Below, piece after piece: positions 27,761 to 36,711 of a DNA stretch of 64,000 nucleotides (position 1 is the first letter of the stretch; each line of letters starts with the position of its first letter). The stretch comes from an uncultured Thermoleophilia bacterium. Its GTDB lineage: Bacteria; Actinomycetota; Thermoleophilia; Gaiellales; Gaiellaceae. Made by a program: the position numbers and the translations under genes. The notes below the pieces were generated by a model, which had not been told where the DNA came from, ran no database searches, and saw only the letters and a list, made by a program, of their open reading frames with translations. The stretch is from positions 591,200 to 655,199 of the forward strand of contig CAVUNA010000014.1 of assembly GCA_963742605.1 (NCBI GenBank). Reading direction: 5' to 3'.

Positions 27761-29248
27761 ATGAGCTCGCCGTCCGAGAGTCCGCTCGTCCGCCGGTGGC
27801 GGGAGAACCGACGGAGGCAGCGACGTTCGTCCGCGAGCCGGCTCTGGCTCCTGCTTGCCACGGCGACGGTCGTCGGAGTCGGCGTGGTGATCTGGATCGC
27901 AGTACGCCCGACGGGGCGGGATCCCCACTTCGTCTCGTGCACCTACGGCGGCTACGTCTCCGGCCGGTGCGGAAGCATCGCCGTTCCGGCAGACCCGCGC
28001 AGGCCCTGGGGCCCGACGATCTCGCTGCACGTCGCGGTGCTGCCGGCGACGACGCGGCCCGCAGCCGGGGCGCTCTTCTACCTCGAAGGCGGGCCGGGCG
28101 GAGCGGCGACCCAGTCGGCGGTGGTGGTCAACCAGCTCTTCGCGACGGTCGGACGCTATCGCGACATCGTCATGGTCGACCAACGCGGCACCGGCGGCTC
28201 GGCGCGGCTGGCGTGCCCGAACCGGCATGTTCCCGCCCAGGACACGGTGGCGGTGGCCGCGTATCTCCGCAGCTGTTTTTCGCGGCTCCGTGACGATGCG
28301 CGGCTCGACACGACGAGCGTCGCTGCGGACGACATTGACGCTGTTCGGCGCGCGCTCGGCTACAGGAAGATCGATCTCTTCGGCGGTTCGTACGGCGCGA
28401 CCCTGGCGCAGGTTTATCTCCGCCGCTATCCGGGATCGGTGCGCAGCGTCGTTCTCGACAGCGGATCGCTCCCCGACGCGCGCATCTACGACCTGTCGGC
28501 ACGCAACGCCGAGCACGCGCTCGACGTGGAGCTCGCGCGGTGTGCGCGTGCATCCGGTTGCCATCGCGACTATCCGCAGACGCGCCGGCAACTCGCGGAG
28601 CTGCTGGCGCGCCCACCGCGCCGAGTCACCCTCCCGACCGGGTCGGTTCTCCTCCGATCCGACGACGTCGCCTGGACAGTGGACTCACTCTCGGAGACGG
28701 CCGATAGTGCTGCCACGCTTCCTTACGCAATCGATGCCGCCGCGCGCGGCGACTACACGCCGCTCGCCCGCGCGTACGTCGAAGATCTAGGCCCCGATCT
28801 CGACCCGCGCGCGAGACTTGCAACCTTCTGGGTGATCCTCTGCTCGGAGCCCTGGGCGGCATTCGATCCGGCTGCGACGGCACGCGACGCCGCCGGCGCG
28901 TACCTCGCGAACGCGGCCGTCGCGCGAGCGCAGCTCTTCCACACCGTGTGCCGTGTCGTCCCGAAGGGCCGCGTTCCCTCCGCTTCGAGCTCGATCGAGA
29001 GCTCACGAGCGCCCGTGCTGCTGCTGGTCGGCGGCGCTGATCCGGTCGCTCCGGTCGGGAACCTTCGCGGCTGGCGCCGTGCCTTCCCGAACGGGCGGCT
29101 GGTGATCGTCCCGGGCGTCGGACACGGTGCGATCGCTTACGGCTGCGTACAGCAGCTCGTCGCTCGATTCGTCGCGGACGGAACGGCCCGTCGGCTCGAT
29201 ACGGCTTGCGTCCGCCACGTGCCCCTGCCCGCGTTCGAGCTGGGCTGA
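27761..29248 (+). CDS. Secreted/anchored alpha/beta hydrolase (S33 tripeptidyl-aminopeptidase / TAP-like)
   Basis: ATG 27761 lies inside track ORF 27443-29248. An N-terminal TM helix, YLEGGPGGAA, the nucleophile elbow FGGSYGA, and a C-terminal VPGVGHG. Confidence 0.7.
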   Translation: MSSPSESPLVRRWRENRRRQRRSSASRLWLLLATATVVGVGVVIWIAVRPTGRDPHFVSCTYGGYVSGRCGSIAVPADPRRPWGPTISLHVAVLPATTRPAAGALFYLEGGPGGAATQSAVVVNQLFATVGRYRDIVMVDQRGTGGSARLACPNRHVPAQDTVAVAAYLRSCFSRLRDDARLDTTSVAADDIDAVRRALGYRKIDLFGGSYGATLAQVYLRRYPGSVRSVVLDSGSLPDARIYDLSARNAEHALDVELARCARASGCHRDYPQTRRQLAELLARPPRRVTLPTGSVLLRSDDVAWTVDSLSETADSAATLPYAIDAAARGDYTPLARAYVEDLGPDLDPRARLATFWVILCSEPWAAFDPAATARDAAGAYLANAAVARAQLFHTVCRVVPKGRVPSASSSIESSRAPVLLLVGGADPVAPVGNLRGWRRAFPNGRLVIVPGVGHGAIAYGCVQQLVARFVADGTARRLDTACVRHVPLPAFELG

Positions 29249-29254
29249 GAGCTG

Positions 29255-29288
29255 GACAGGCGGAGCGCCGGAAGGCGCCCCGCCTGTC
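29255..29288. terminator. Bidirectional terminator hairpin
   Basis: GACAGGCGGaGCGCCggaaGGCGCcCCGCCTGTC lies between the convergent hydrolase and nrdJ stops. Confidence 0.6.
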
Positions 29289-29297
29289 GGACTGTCG

Positions 29298-32051
29298 CTA
29301 GCCGCAGCCGGTCGACGTGCCGCAGTCGCGGCAGGTGTAGCAGGTGCCTGCACGCACCATCCGCCCGCCGCAGCGGTTGCACTCGATCGCGTCCTCGAAC
29401 GAGTTGAAGAGGGCGGTCTGGCCGGCGGCCGGCGTTTCGGCTGCACCTGTCGTGCCGCCGTTCGCGTAACGGGCCGCCATGTTCGCCCGTACCTCGGGCG
29501 ACAGGATGCCGGCCTCCTCCTGCTGGTCGACGTCGAGGAACTTCTTTCCGAACCAGCGGAAGATGTAGTCGACGATCGACTTCGCGTTGCGGATGTCCGC
29601 GTCGTTCGTCGGGCCCGACGGCTCAAAGCGGAGGTGCGAGAGCTTCGAGACGTAGACCTCGGGCGGGACGCCGTACTGCAGCCCCATCGACACGGCGATC
29701 ATCAGCGAGTTCATGAGGCCGGCCATGGTGGTGCCGTCTTTGGCGATGTCGACGAAGATGTCACCGGGCGTTCCGTCGTCGAACACTCCGACGTGGATGT
29801 ACCCCTCGTGCTCGCCGACGCGGAACTTGCGGCCGATCTCCGTGCGGTCCTCGGGCAGCCGGCGGCGCTTCGGCGCCGACACGAGCCCCGCCGGCGACAG
29901 GGTCTGCTGCGCGCCGTTCTCGGTCTTGCCGGACAGCGGCTGTGCGACCTTGCAGTTGTCGCGGTAGATCGCGACCGCCTTGATGCCGAGCTTCCACGAT
30001 TCGACGTAGAGCCGGGAGATGTCGTCGATCGTCGCCGACTCGGGCAGGTTCACGGTCTTCGAGATCGCCCCGGAGATGAACGGCTGGACGGCGCCCATCA
30101 TCTTCACGTGACCGCGGTAGTGGATCGCCCGGTCGCCGACCGCGCAGTCGAACACCGGGTAGTGCTCGCTCTTCACGTATGGCGCCCCGACGACGGTGTT
30201 GCGCTCGTCGACGTACGCGACGATCTCGTCGACCTCGTTCGGCGCGTAGCCGAGCTTGTCGAGCCCGGCCGAGACCGTCTTGTTGACGATCGTGATCTCG
30301 CCGCCGCCGACGAGCTTCTTCGACTTCACGAGCGAGAAGTCGGGCTCGACGCCGGTCGTGTCGCAATCCATCATGAAGCTGATCGTCCCCGTCGGTGCGA
30401 GCACGGTCGCCTGTGCGTTGCGGTAGCCGTGGATCTCACCCAGGTCGAGTGCCTCGTCCCAGGCTTTCCGTGCGGCGCTGAGCAGGTCCGAAGGCACCGT
30501 CTCCGAGCTGGAGATGTTGCCGACCGCCGCGCGGTGCTTCGCGATCACGCCGATCATCGCGCCGGCGTTCGGCCGGTACCCCGCGAACGGGCCCATCCGT
30601 CCGGCGATCTCGGCCGACTTGCGATACGCGCGGCCCGTCATCAGTGCGGTGATCGCCGCCGCATAGGCGCGTCCTTCGTCGGAGTCGTACGGAAGGCCGC
30701 GTGCCATCAGCAGTGCGCCGAGGTTCGCGTAGCCGAGGCCGAGCTGCCGGTACGCCTTCGCGTTCCGCTCGATCTGCGTCGTCGGGTAGGACGAGTTGCC
30801 GACGAGGATCTCCTGCGCGAGGAACATCACGTCGACCGCGCGCTCGAATGCCTCGACGTCGAGCTCGCCGTCCTCGCGGCGGAACTTCATCAGGTTGAGC
30901 GACGCGAGGTTGCACGCGGAGTCGTCGATCGACATGTATTCGGAGCACGGGTTCGACGCGTTGATGCGGCCCGTGTTCGGCAGCGTGTGCCAGGCGTTGA
31001 TCGTCGTGTCGTACTGCAAGCCCGGGTCGGCGCAGCGCCACGCGGCCTCGGAGATGTCGTGCAGCAGCTTCCGTGCCTTCAGCGTCTCGACGACCGAGCC
31101 GTCGGTGCGTGCGGTGAGGTTCCAGTCGGCATCGCCCTCGACCGCCTCCATGAACGCGTCGGACACGCGCACCGAGTTGTTCGCGTTCTGGTACTGGATC
31201 GAGGCCCAGTCGGGGCTGTCGAGTGACATGTCGTAGCCCGCGGCCTCGAGGACGCGGGCCTTCTCTTCCTCGTGAGCCTTGCACCAGATGAACTCGACGA
31301 CGTCGGGATGGTCGACGTCGAGGACGACCATCTTCGCGGCCCGCCGTGTCTTGCCGCCCGACTTGATCGTGCCGGCCGACGCGTCGGCGCCGCGCATGAA
31401 CGACACGGGCCCGGAGGCATAGCCGCCCTTCGACAGCTGTTCGCGGGAGGAGCGGAGCTTCGACAGGTTGACGCCGGAGCCCGAGCCGCCGCGGAAGATG
31501 ACCCCCTCGCGCCTGATCCAGTCGAGGATCGAGTTCATCGAGTCCTCGATCGAGAGGATGAAGCATGCGGAGCATTGCGGCTTCTCCTCGAAGCCGACGT
31601 TGAACCACACCGGCGAGTTGAACGCGGCGAGTTGGTTGACGAGGATCGCCTTCAGCTCGTCCTCGAACGTCTGCGCCTCGTCCTCGGTGGCGAAGTACCC
31701 ACCCTCGCGTCCCCATGCGCCGACCGTGCCGACGACACGGCCGATCATCTGCTTCACCGAACGCTCACGCTCGGGGCTCGCCATGCGCCCGCGGAAGTAC
31801 TTCTGCGCGACGATGTTCGTCGCGGTCTGCGACCAGAACTTCGGGAACTCGACGTTCTTCTGCTCGAACGCCGGCCCGTTCTTGCCGGGGATGAACGCAT
31901 CGCGGATCTCCCACTCGATCTCGTCGAAGGGGTCGCGGCCCGCGATCGTGTAGTGGCGGCGGACGGCCAGATTGGCGTCCTCGTCGGCGACGCTGTTCGT
32001 CAGCGCGTCGGGGTCGATCTCAACCGTGTTTGCCTGCTCTAGAGACGCCAT
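29298..32051 (-). CDS. nrdJ: Adenosylcobalamin-dependent (class II) ribonucleotide reductase
   Basis: 917 aa. FEQKNVEFPKFWSQTATNIVAQKYFRG, NPCSEY, and the C-terminal Cys cluster CNRCGG...CYTCRDCG are typical of NrdJ. Confidence 0.92.
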   Translation of the reverse strand: MASLEQANTVEIDPDALTNSVADEDANLAVRRHYTIAGRDPFDEIEWEIRDAFIPGKNGPAFEQKNVEFPKFWSQTATNIVAQKYFRGRMASPERERSVKQMIGRVVGTVGAWGREGGYFATEDEAQTFEDELKAILVNQLAAFNSPVWFNVGFEEKPQCSACFILSIEDSMNSILDWIRREGVIFRGGSGSGVNLSKLRSSREQLSKGGYASGPVSFMRGADASAGTIKSGGKTRRAAKMVVLDVDHPDVVEFIWCKAHEEEKARVLEAAGYDMSLDSPDWASIQYQNANNSVRVSDAFMEAVEGDADWNLTARTDGSVVETLKARKLLHDISEAAWRCADPGLQYDTTINAWHTLPNTGRINASNPCSEYMSIDDSACNLASLNLMKFRREDGELDVEAFERAVDVMFLAQEILVGNSSYPTTQIERNAKAYRQLGLGYANLGALLMARGLPYDSDEGRAYAAAITALMTGRAYRKSAEIAGRMGPFAGYRPNAGAMIGVIAKHRAAVGNISSSETVPSDLLSAARKAWDEALDLGEIHGYRNAQATVLAPTGTISFMMDCDTTGVEPDFSLVKSKKLVGGGEITIVNKTVSAGLDKLGYAPNEVDEIVAYVDERNTVVGAPYVKSEHYPVFDCAVGDRAIHYRGHVKMMGAVQPFISGAISKTVNLPESATIDDISRLYVESWKLGIKAVAIYRDNCKVAQPLSGKTENGAQQTLSPAGLVSAPKRRRLPEDRTEIGRKFRVGEHEGYIHVGVFDDGTPGDIFVDIAKDGTTMAGLMNSLMIAVSMGLQYGVPPEVYVSKLSHLRFEPSGPTNDADIRNAKSIVDYIFRWFGKKFLDVDQQEEAGILSPEVRANMAARYANGGTTGAAETPAAGQTALFNSFEDAIECNRCGGRMVRAGTCYTCRDCGTSTGCG

Positions 32052-32067
32052 CAGCGGTTCCTTTCCG

Positions 32068-32083
32068 ACCTTGAATTCTAGGT
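32068..32083. promoter_or_regulatory. 16-bp near-palindrome upstream of the nrdJ RBS
   Basis: ACCTTGAATTCTAGGT has 14/16 self-complementary positions and is centred on GAATTC. It sits immediately 5' of the GGAAAGGAA SD of nrdJ. Confidence 0.25.
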
Positions 32084-32175
32084 GCCGAAGCCGTCTCGCC
32101 GCCGTCGGCGAGTCGGTCGAGGGGCGGGCTTGCGAACCTTAGGGAAGGGACCTGTCGGACTCGCGAGCCGGTGGC

Positions 32176-32754
32176 TCAGTGACCCGGGCGGCGTCCCTGA
32201 GTGCGCTTCACGACCAGCCCGACGGCGCCCGCCGCGACGAGCAGGATCGCCAGGCCGCCGAGCACCAGGAGCGGCACCGGCACGGACGACGGGCTCGACG
32301 AGTTCAGCTGCTGTGCGAGCCCGGGCGGAGGCTTCCGGCCGGGCGAGCTCGTGCCCCCGCCGGCGTCGGTGCCGCCCGGAGGAGCCCCTGCAGTGGTGGT
32401 CGTCGAGCTCTGCTCGTTCGTGGTCGTCGGGCTCGGCTCGGTCGTCGTCTGTGCCGGTACGAGCGCGGTCGGGCCGGCAGGCTTCTTGTTCTTGCGCAGC
32501 TGCGCCCGGGCGCTCTGCAGCGCCCGCAGGATGTCGTCGCGCGCGCTCGAGTAGACCGAGATGTCCTCCGGCAGGTGCTGCAGTGTCTGCCGGTAGCAGC
32601 TGACGGGATAGACGTTGTCGATCCGGCCGTCGTACCAGTCGTTGAGCAGCTTCTTCCAGCAAGGAGTTGCTCCCGCGGCCGTGCCGACCTGCGCCGCGAG
32701 AACGACGGTTGCAAGCACTGTGGCGGCGGCGAGCGCCTTGAAGATGGAAGTCAC
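32176..32754 (-). CDS. Hypothetical secreted protein with an S/T/P-rich linker and a C-terminal TM anchor
   Basis: GTG 32754 lies inside track ORF 32176-32844. Signal-like FKALAAATVLATVVLAAQVG, a TTTEPSPTTTNEQSSTTTT linker, and a C-terminal LLVLGGLAILLVAAGAVGLVVKR. Confidence 0.45.
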   Translation of the reverse strand: MTSIFKALAAATVLATVVLAAQVGTAAGATPCWKKLLNDWYDGRIDNVYPVSCYRQTLQHLPEDISVYSSARDDILRALQSARAQLRKNKKPAGPTALVPAQTTTEPSPTTTNEQSSTTTTAGAPPGGTDAGGGTSSPGRKPPPGLAQQLNSSSPSSVPVPLLVLGGLAILLVAAGAVGLVVKRTQGRRPGH

Positions 32755-32827
32755 TGGCGAGTCGGGGCCGGGCTGAATCGGCGAGCCTATGCTGGCGCTG
32801 TAAGGCTTTCGTAAGCGGAACGGGCTG

Positions 32828-34651
32828 ATGGTAGCTTCGCACACGATGCGGGCGATCAGGGATCTGCCCCTCGCCGCATCGCTGGCCCTGACCGGGGCGG
32901 CGCTCTTCTTCGGGGGAGGCTCGCTGGACGGCTCGCTGCCGTGGCTCGGCGGCGGCGCGCTCCTCGTCGCGCTCGCGTCGCTGCTTCTCGTCGGTGTGCC
33001 CGCCGGCCTCGCGACGCTGGTGCCGCTGGCGGCCCTGACGGCGTGGCTCGCGGTCTCGGCCGCCTGGTCGACGCTGCCCGACCGCTCGTGGGTGTACGCG
33101 AACCGGGCCTTCGTCTACACCCTGTTCGCGCTGCTCGGCCTCTGGCTCGCGCCGCGAACCCGCGCGCTCGCGCTCGGCCTCGCTGCGCTCCTCGGCCTGG
33201 TCGCGGTCTGGGCGCTCGCCGGCAAGGTCCTGCCGCCGCTCTACGACTACGGGCCGCCGGGGCTCGCTCGACTCCGTGCACCGGTCGGGCTCTGGAACCA
33301 GCTCGCATTGCTCGGGGCGTTCGCGCTTCCACTCGCTCTCTGGCGTCGCCGTCTCGAAGGCACCTTGCTCGCCTACGTCTGGCTCGTTGCCATCGCGCTG
33401 ACCGGTTCGCGGGGCGGAGCCGCCGTCGCGGCGGTCGTCGTGGCCGTCTGGTTCGTCTTCGGGGAGGAGCGGATCGCCGCGGCGGTGGTGCTCGTCGCAG
33501 CGGCTGTGCCCGCGCTCGTCGTCGCCGGCATCGCGTTCGCGCTGCCTGGAGTCACGAGTGACGGCCAGAGCCTGCACGTGCGCTGGCACGACGGCATCCT
33601 CTTCGGGGTGCTGCTGCTGGCCGGGGCCGGCGCGGCGGTCTTGCTTGCGCGCGTCGCGCCGCCCCGCGACAGCCGCGCGCTACGCCGCTCCGCGTTCGCG
33701 CTCGGCGGGCTCGCCGTCGCGGCGATTCTGGTCGTGGGCGCGCTGAAGGCCGGCTCGACCTGGCGATCGTTCACGAGCTCGGCCCAGGTGACGAACACGA
33801 GCGTCCGTTTCACGTCGGCGGCATCCAACTACCGCTGGGTCTGGTGGAAGCAGGCCTGGCGCGGCTTCGAGCACCATGTGCTGGCCGGGACGGGCGCCGG
33901 CTCCTTCCACCTCACGAACCTGCGCTACCGGACGAGTTACCTCGACGAGACGATCGAGCCGCACGACCTCCCGCTCCAGATGTTGTCGGAGACCGGCATC
34001 GTCGGGCTTGCGCTCTTCCTCGCCGCTGCGCTGACGCTGCTCGTGCGCGGACACGGGCGAAAGGGGCCGGAGCTCGCGCTCGCACTGATGCTTCCCGCCT
34101 ACCTCCTGCACGCGCTGGTCGACGTCGACTGGGACTTCGCCGCCGTCTCGGTGCCGGCGTTCCTGGCCGCGGGCGCGATTGCCGGCCGGGCGGTGCCGGC
34201 TCGGCGCGTGTCTGGCTTCGCCGTGCTTGCGGTCGCCGGCGCAGCACTCCTCGCCTTCGGTGCCCTGCTCCTGCCGTGGCTCGGCTCGCGTTGGGCGACC
34301 GATGCGCTCGGCGCCTCGCCGGCGCGTGCGATCACGCTCGCCAAACGTGCGCACGGCGTCGATCCCTTCCTGGTCGAGCCGTTCTGGGCGCAGGCCTTCG
34401 CCGCCGACGCCCGGAACCAGCCGCGGCGCGCGTTCGCCTTCTACATGGCCGCGACCCGGCGGCAACCTGCGAACCCGGAGACGTGGCTGCTCGCGGGGCG
34501 CTATGCGCTCGAGCAGGGCTGCGCGCAGACCGCGTACCCGCTGCTCGAGCGGTTCACCGAGCTGGTCAACCAGCGCGCGCAGCCCGACGAGGGCGGGAAC
34601 GACTATCGCCGCGCGCTTGCGCTGGTGAACTCCGGAAAGCCCCGGTGCTAG
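32828..34651 (+). CDS. O-antigen ligase / polymerase (Wzy_C) family membrane protein with a C-terminal TPR-like tail
   Basis: 607 aa, more than 10 TM segments. The LTGSRGGAAVAAVVVA loop is typical of the O-antigen ligase family. Confidence 0.65.
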   Translation: MVASHTMRAIRDLPLAASLALTGAALFFGGGSLDGSLPWLGGGALLVALASLLLVGVPAGLATLVPLAALTAWLAVSAAWSTLPDRSWVYANRAFVYTLFALLGLWLAPRTRALALGLAALLGLVAVWALAGKVLPPLYDYGPPGLARLRAPVGLWNQLALLGAFALPLALWRRRLEGTLLAYVWLVAIALTGSRGGAAVAAVVVAVWFVFGEERIAAAVVLVAAAVPALVVAGIAFALPGVTSDGQSLHVRWHDGILFGVLLLAGAGAAVLLARVAPPRDSRALRRSAFALGGLAVAAILVVGALKAGSTWRSFTSSAQVTNTSVRFTSAASNYRWVWWKQAWRGFEHHVLAGTGAGSFHLTNLRYRTSYLDETIEPHDLPLQMLSETGIVGLALFLAAALTLLVRGHGRKGPELALALMLPAYLLHALVDVDWDFAAVSVPAFLAAGAIAGRAVPARRVSGFAVLAVAGAALLAFGALLLPWLGSRWATDALGASPARAITLAKRAHGVDPFLVEPFWAQAFAADARNQPRRAFAFYMAATRRQPANPETWLLAGRYALEQGCAQTAYPLLERFTELVNQRAQPDEGGNDYRRALALVNSGKPRC

Positions 34652-34655
34652 ACAC

Positions 34656-35096
34656 CTAGCGGGCGCCGAGGATGACGACCAGCTGGCCGCCGTGGAGTGC
34701 GGCCGGGCCCATTCCGTCGAGCGGCCCGACGACCTTCACGTGCAGGTCGCGCGCGAGACGAGCGCCCTCGGCGGCGTAGCCGCGCCTGTACATCACGACG
34801 CTGGTCGCATAGTTCTGCCGCTTGGCGTTGGTCGTGCCGCGAATGTGATAGCCGAGCGAGCCGAGCGTGGCGGCCGTGTTCCCGGCCGCGCCCGAGCGGC
34901 CGTTGCCGTTCAGCACGACGACGCCGAGCTGCGAGCGCGAATGCTTCGGGATCGCGAGCACGAATGTGCGATGGGGCACGACCGTCTTCGTCTTCGCCGG
35001 CGCCAGCGCCGCCGCCTCGGCGTGGTGTCGGACCGTGCGCGCGAGCGGCTTGGCGAGCAGGGCGACAGCGAGCACGACCAGGATGATCAGCTCCAC
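34656..35096 (-). CDS. LytR_C (cell-envelope-related attenuator C-terminal) domain protein; start uncertain
   Basis: VVVLNGNGRSGAAGNTAATLGSLGYHI...VVMYRRGYAAEGARLARDL. The first canonical start is GTG 35096, but the frame stays open with a TM-like stretch up to the epimerase stop at 35194. Confidence 0.5.
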   Translation of the reverse strand: MELIILVVLAVALLAKPLARTVRHHAEAAALAPAKTKTVVPHRTFVLAIPKHSRSQLGVVVLNGNGRSGAAGNTAATLGSLGYHIRGTTNAKRQNYATSVVMYRRGYAAEGARLARDLHVKVVGPLDGMGPAALHGGQLVVILGAR

Positions 35097-35193
35097 GGCT
35101 GCGACCAGGCTCGCGACGAACGTCGCGGTGCGCCAGGGACGGACGAGAGCGTCGGGTGAGAGGGGCGCGTCCAGGGCGCCTGATTCGGCGCGG

Positions 35194-36099
35194 CTAGGGC
35201 GCTTCCTGCCGCATCCAGGCCCACGTGAGCGCGAGCCCGTCGTCCAGCGAGACGTGTGGGCTCCAGCCGAGCTCGCGGGCCGCGAGCGACGAATCGAGGA
35301 CGGAGCGGTGAACGTCGCCGAGTCGAGCCTGCGCGTGCTTGGGCGCGTCCGCGGCCCCGGAGACCCTTGCGCACGCGGTGTGCAGGTCGGCGACGGATGT
35401 CTCGTCCCCCGTGCCGATGTTGTACGGCCCGCCCTTGCGGCCCACCGCGGCGATGAGTGCATCGATCACATCGCCGACGTAGACGAAGTCGCGTACCTGG
35501 CTTCCGTCGCCGAAGATGACGGTCGGCTCGCCCACCGCCATCCGCTCGAGGAAGATCGAGACGACGCCGCCTTCGAGCCCCGAGTCCTGCCGCGGGCCGA
35601 AGACGTTGGCGAACCTGAGCGAGACGTGCGACGAGCCGTGGATGCGGTTCCAGCCGGCCAGGTACTCCTCGCCGCACTTCTTGGCGATCCCGTAGGGGGA
35701 GAGCGGGAGAAACGGAAAGTCCTCTGCGACCGGGCCGGGACACTCGCCGTAGCCCGCTCCGCCGGACGAGGCGAACACGACCTGAGCCCCGGTGCGTTCG
35801 GCCGCAGCGAGGACGTTCACCGTGCCGACGACGTTGACGGCCGCGTCGTAGTCCGGACGCTTCATCGACGTCTGGACGTCCGCCTGGGCGGCGAGGTGGA
35901 AGATCACCTCGGCGTCGACCGAGAACGGCTCGGTGATGTCGTGCTCGAGCAATTCGGCGTCCTCGTTCACGTACGAGCGCTTGCCGCTGGTGAAGTCGTC
36001 GACGACGGTGACCGCGTCGCCGCGGGCCACCAGGGTGTCGACCAGGTTCGACCCGATGAAGCCCGCCCCACCCGTGACGACTGCCCGCATGTCCCGCAT
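35194..36099 (-). CDS. NAD-dependent epimerase/dehydratase (GalE-like)
   Basis: VVTGGAGFIGSNLV and SPYGIAKKCGE (YxxxK). Confidence 0.85.
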   Translation of the reverse strand: MRDMRAVVTGGAGFIGSNLVDTLVARGDAVTVVDDFTSGKRSYVNEDAELLEHDITEPFSVDAEVIFHLAAQADVQTSMKRPDYDAAVNVVGTVNVLAAAERTGAQVVFASSGGAGYGECPGPVAEDFPFLPLSPYGIAKKCGEEYLAGWNRIHGSSHVSLRFANVFGPRQDSGLEGGVVSIFLERMAVGEPTVIFGDGSQVRDFVYVGDVIDALIAAVGRKGGPYNIGTGDETSVADLHTACARVSGAADAPKHAQARLGDVHRSVLDSSLAARELGWSPHVSLDDGLALTWAWMRQEAP

Positions 36100-36114
36100 A
36101 CATTAGGCAGTTGG

Positions 36115-36711
36115 ATGTTCGTCACCTTCGAAGGGATCGACTGGTCGGGCAAGAGCACGCAGGCAAAGCTGCTCGCCGCATGGCTCGAAGAGCAGGGGCG
36201 CGTCGTCCTGACGACACGTGAGCCGGGTGGCACGCCGGTTGCCGAGGCGGTTCGAGAGCTCGTGCTGGACCGGGAGGAGATGTCGCCCTGGGCCGAGGCG
36301 GCGCTCTACGCTGCAGCGCGCGCGGAGAACGTCGAGGCCGTGATCCGGCCGGCGCTCGAGCGGGGCGAGGACGTCGTCTGCGACCGCTACCTCGACTCGT
36401 CCGTCGCCTACCAGGGAGCCGGCCGCGGGCTGGGCGAGGAGCGGGTGCGCGATCTGAGCCTCCTCGTCACCGGTGGGCTGCTGCCGGACCGAACCGTTCT
36501 CGTCGCCCTCGATCCGGATCAGGCCCGGAGGCGCGCCGGGACGCATCACGACCGCATCGAGCGCGCCGGTGACGACTTCATGCGCGTCGTCGCCGGCGCG
36601 TATCGGGCGCTGGCGGCCGCCGAGCCCGGCAGAATCGTCGTGGTCGAGGGCGATCGGCCGCCGGCCGAGATCGCCGAGGAGGTCCGTGAGCACGTTCGTT
36701 CGCTTCTCTGA
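36115..36711 (+). CDS. tmk: Thymidylate (dTMP) kinase
   Basis: ATG 36115 lies inside track ORF 34867-36711. MFVTFEGIDWSGKSTQ, TREPGGT, DRYLDSSVAYQG. Confidence 0.9.
   Translation: MFVTFEGIDWSGKSTQAKLLAAWLEEQGRVVLTTREPGGTPVAEAVRELVLDREEMSPWAEAALYAAARAENVEAVIRPALERGEDVVCDRYLDSSVAYQGAGRGLGEERVRDLSLLVTGGLLPDRTVLVALDPDQARRRAGTHHDRIERAGDDFMRVVAGAYRALAAAEPGRIVVVEGDRPPAEIAEEVREHVRSLL

Noticed and set aside
29127-31226. 699-aa plus-strand ORF, plus other long ORFs inside nrdJ (30436-31716, 29761-30366).
   Set aside because: All are antisense or out of frame relative to the unmistakable 917-aa NrdJ.
32052-32175. Cobalamin riboswitch or tandem NrdR boxes in the nrdJ leader.
   Set aside because: I could not find a B12-box-like core (GCCACTG) in the sense orientation, and only one weak palindrome is present. 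A B12-dependent enzyme is also not an expected riboswitch target.
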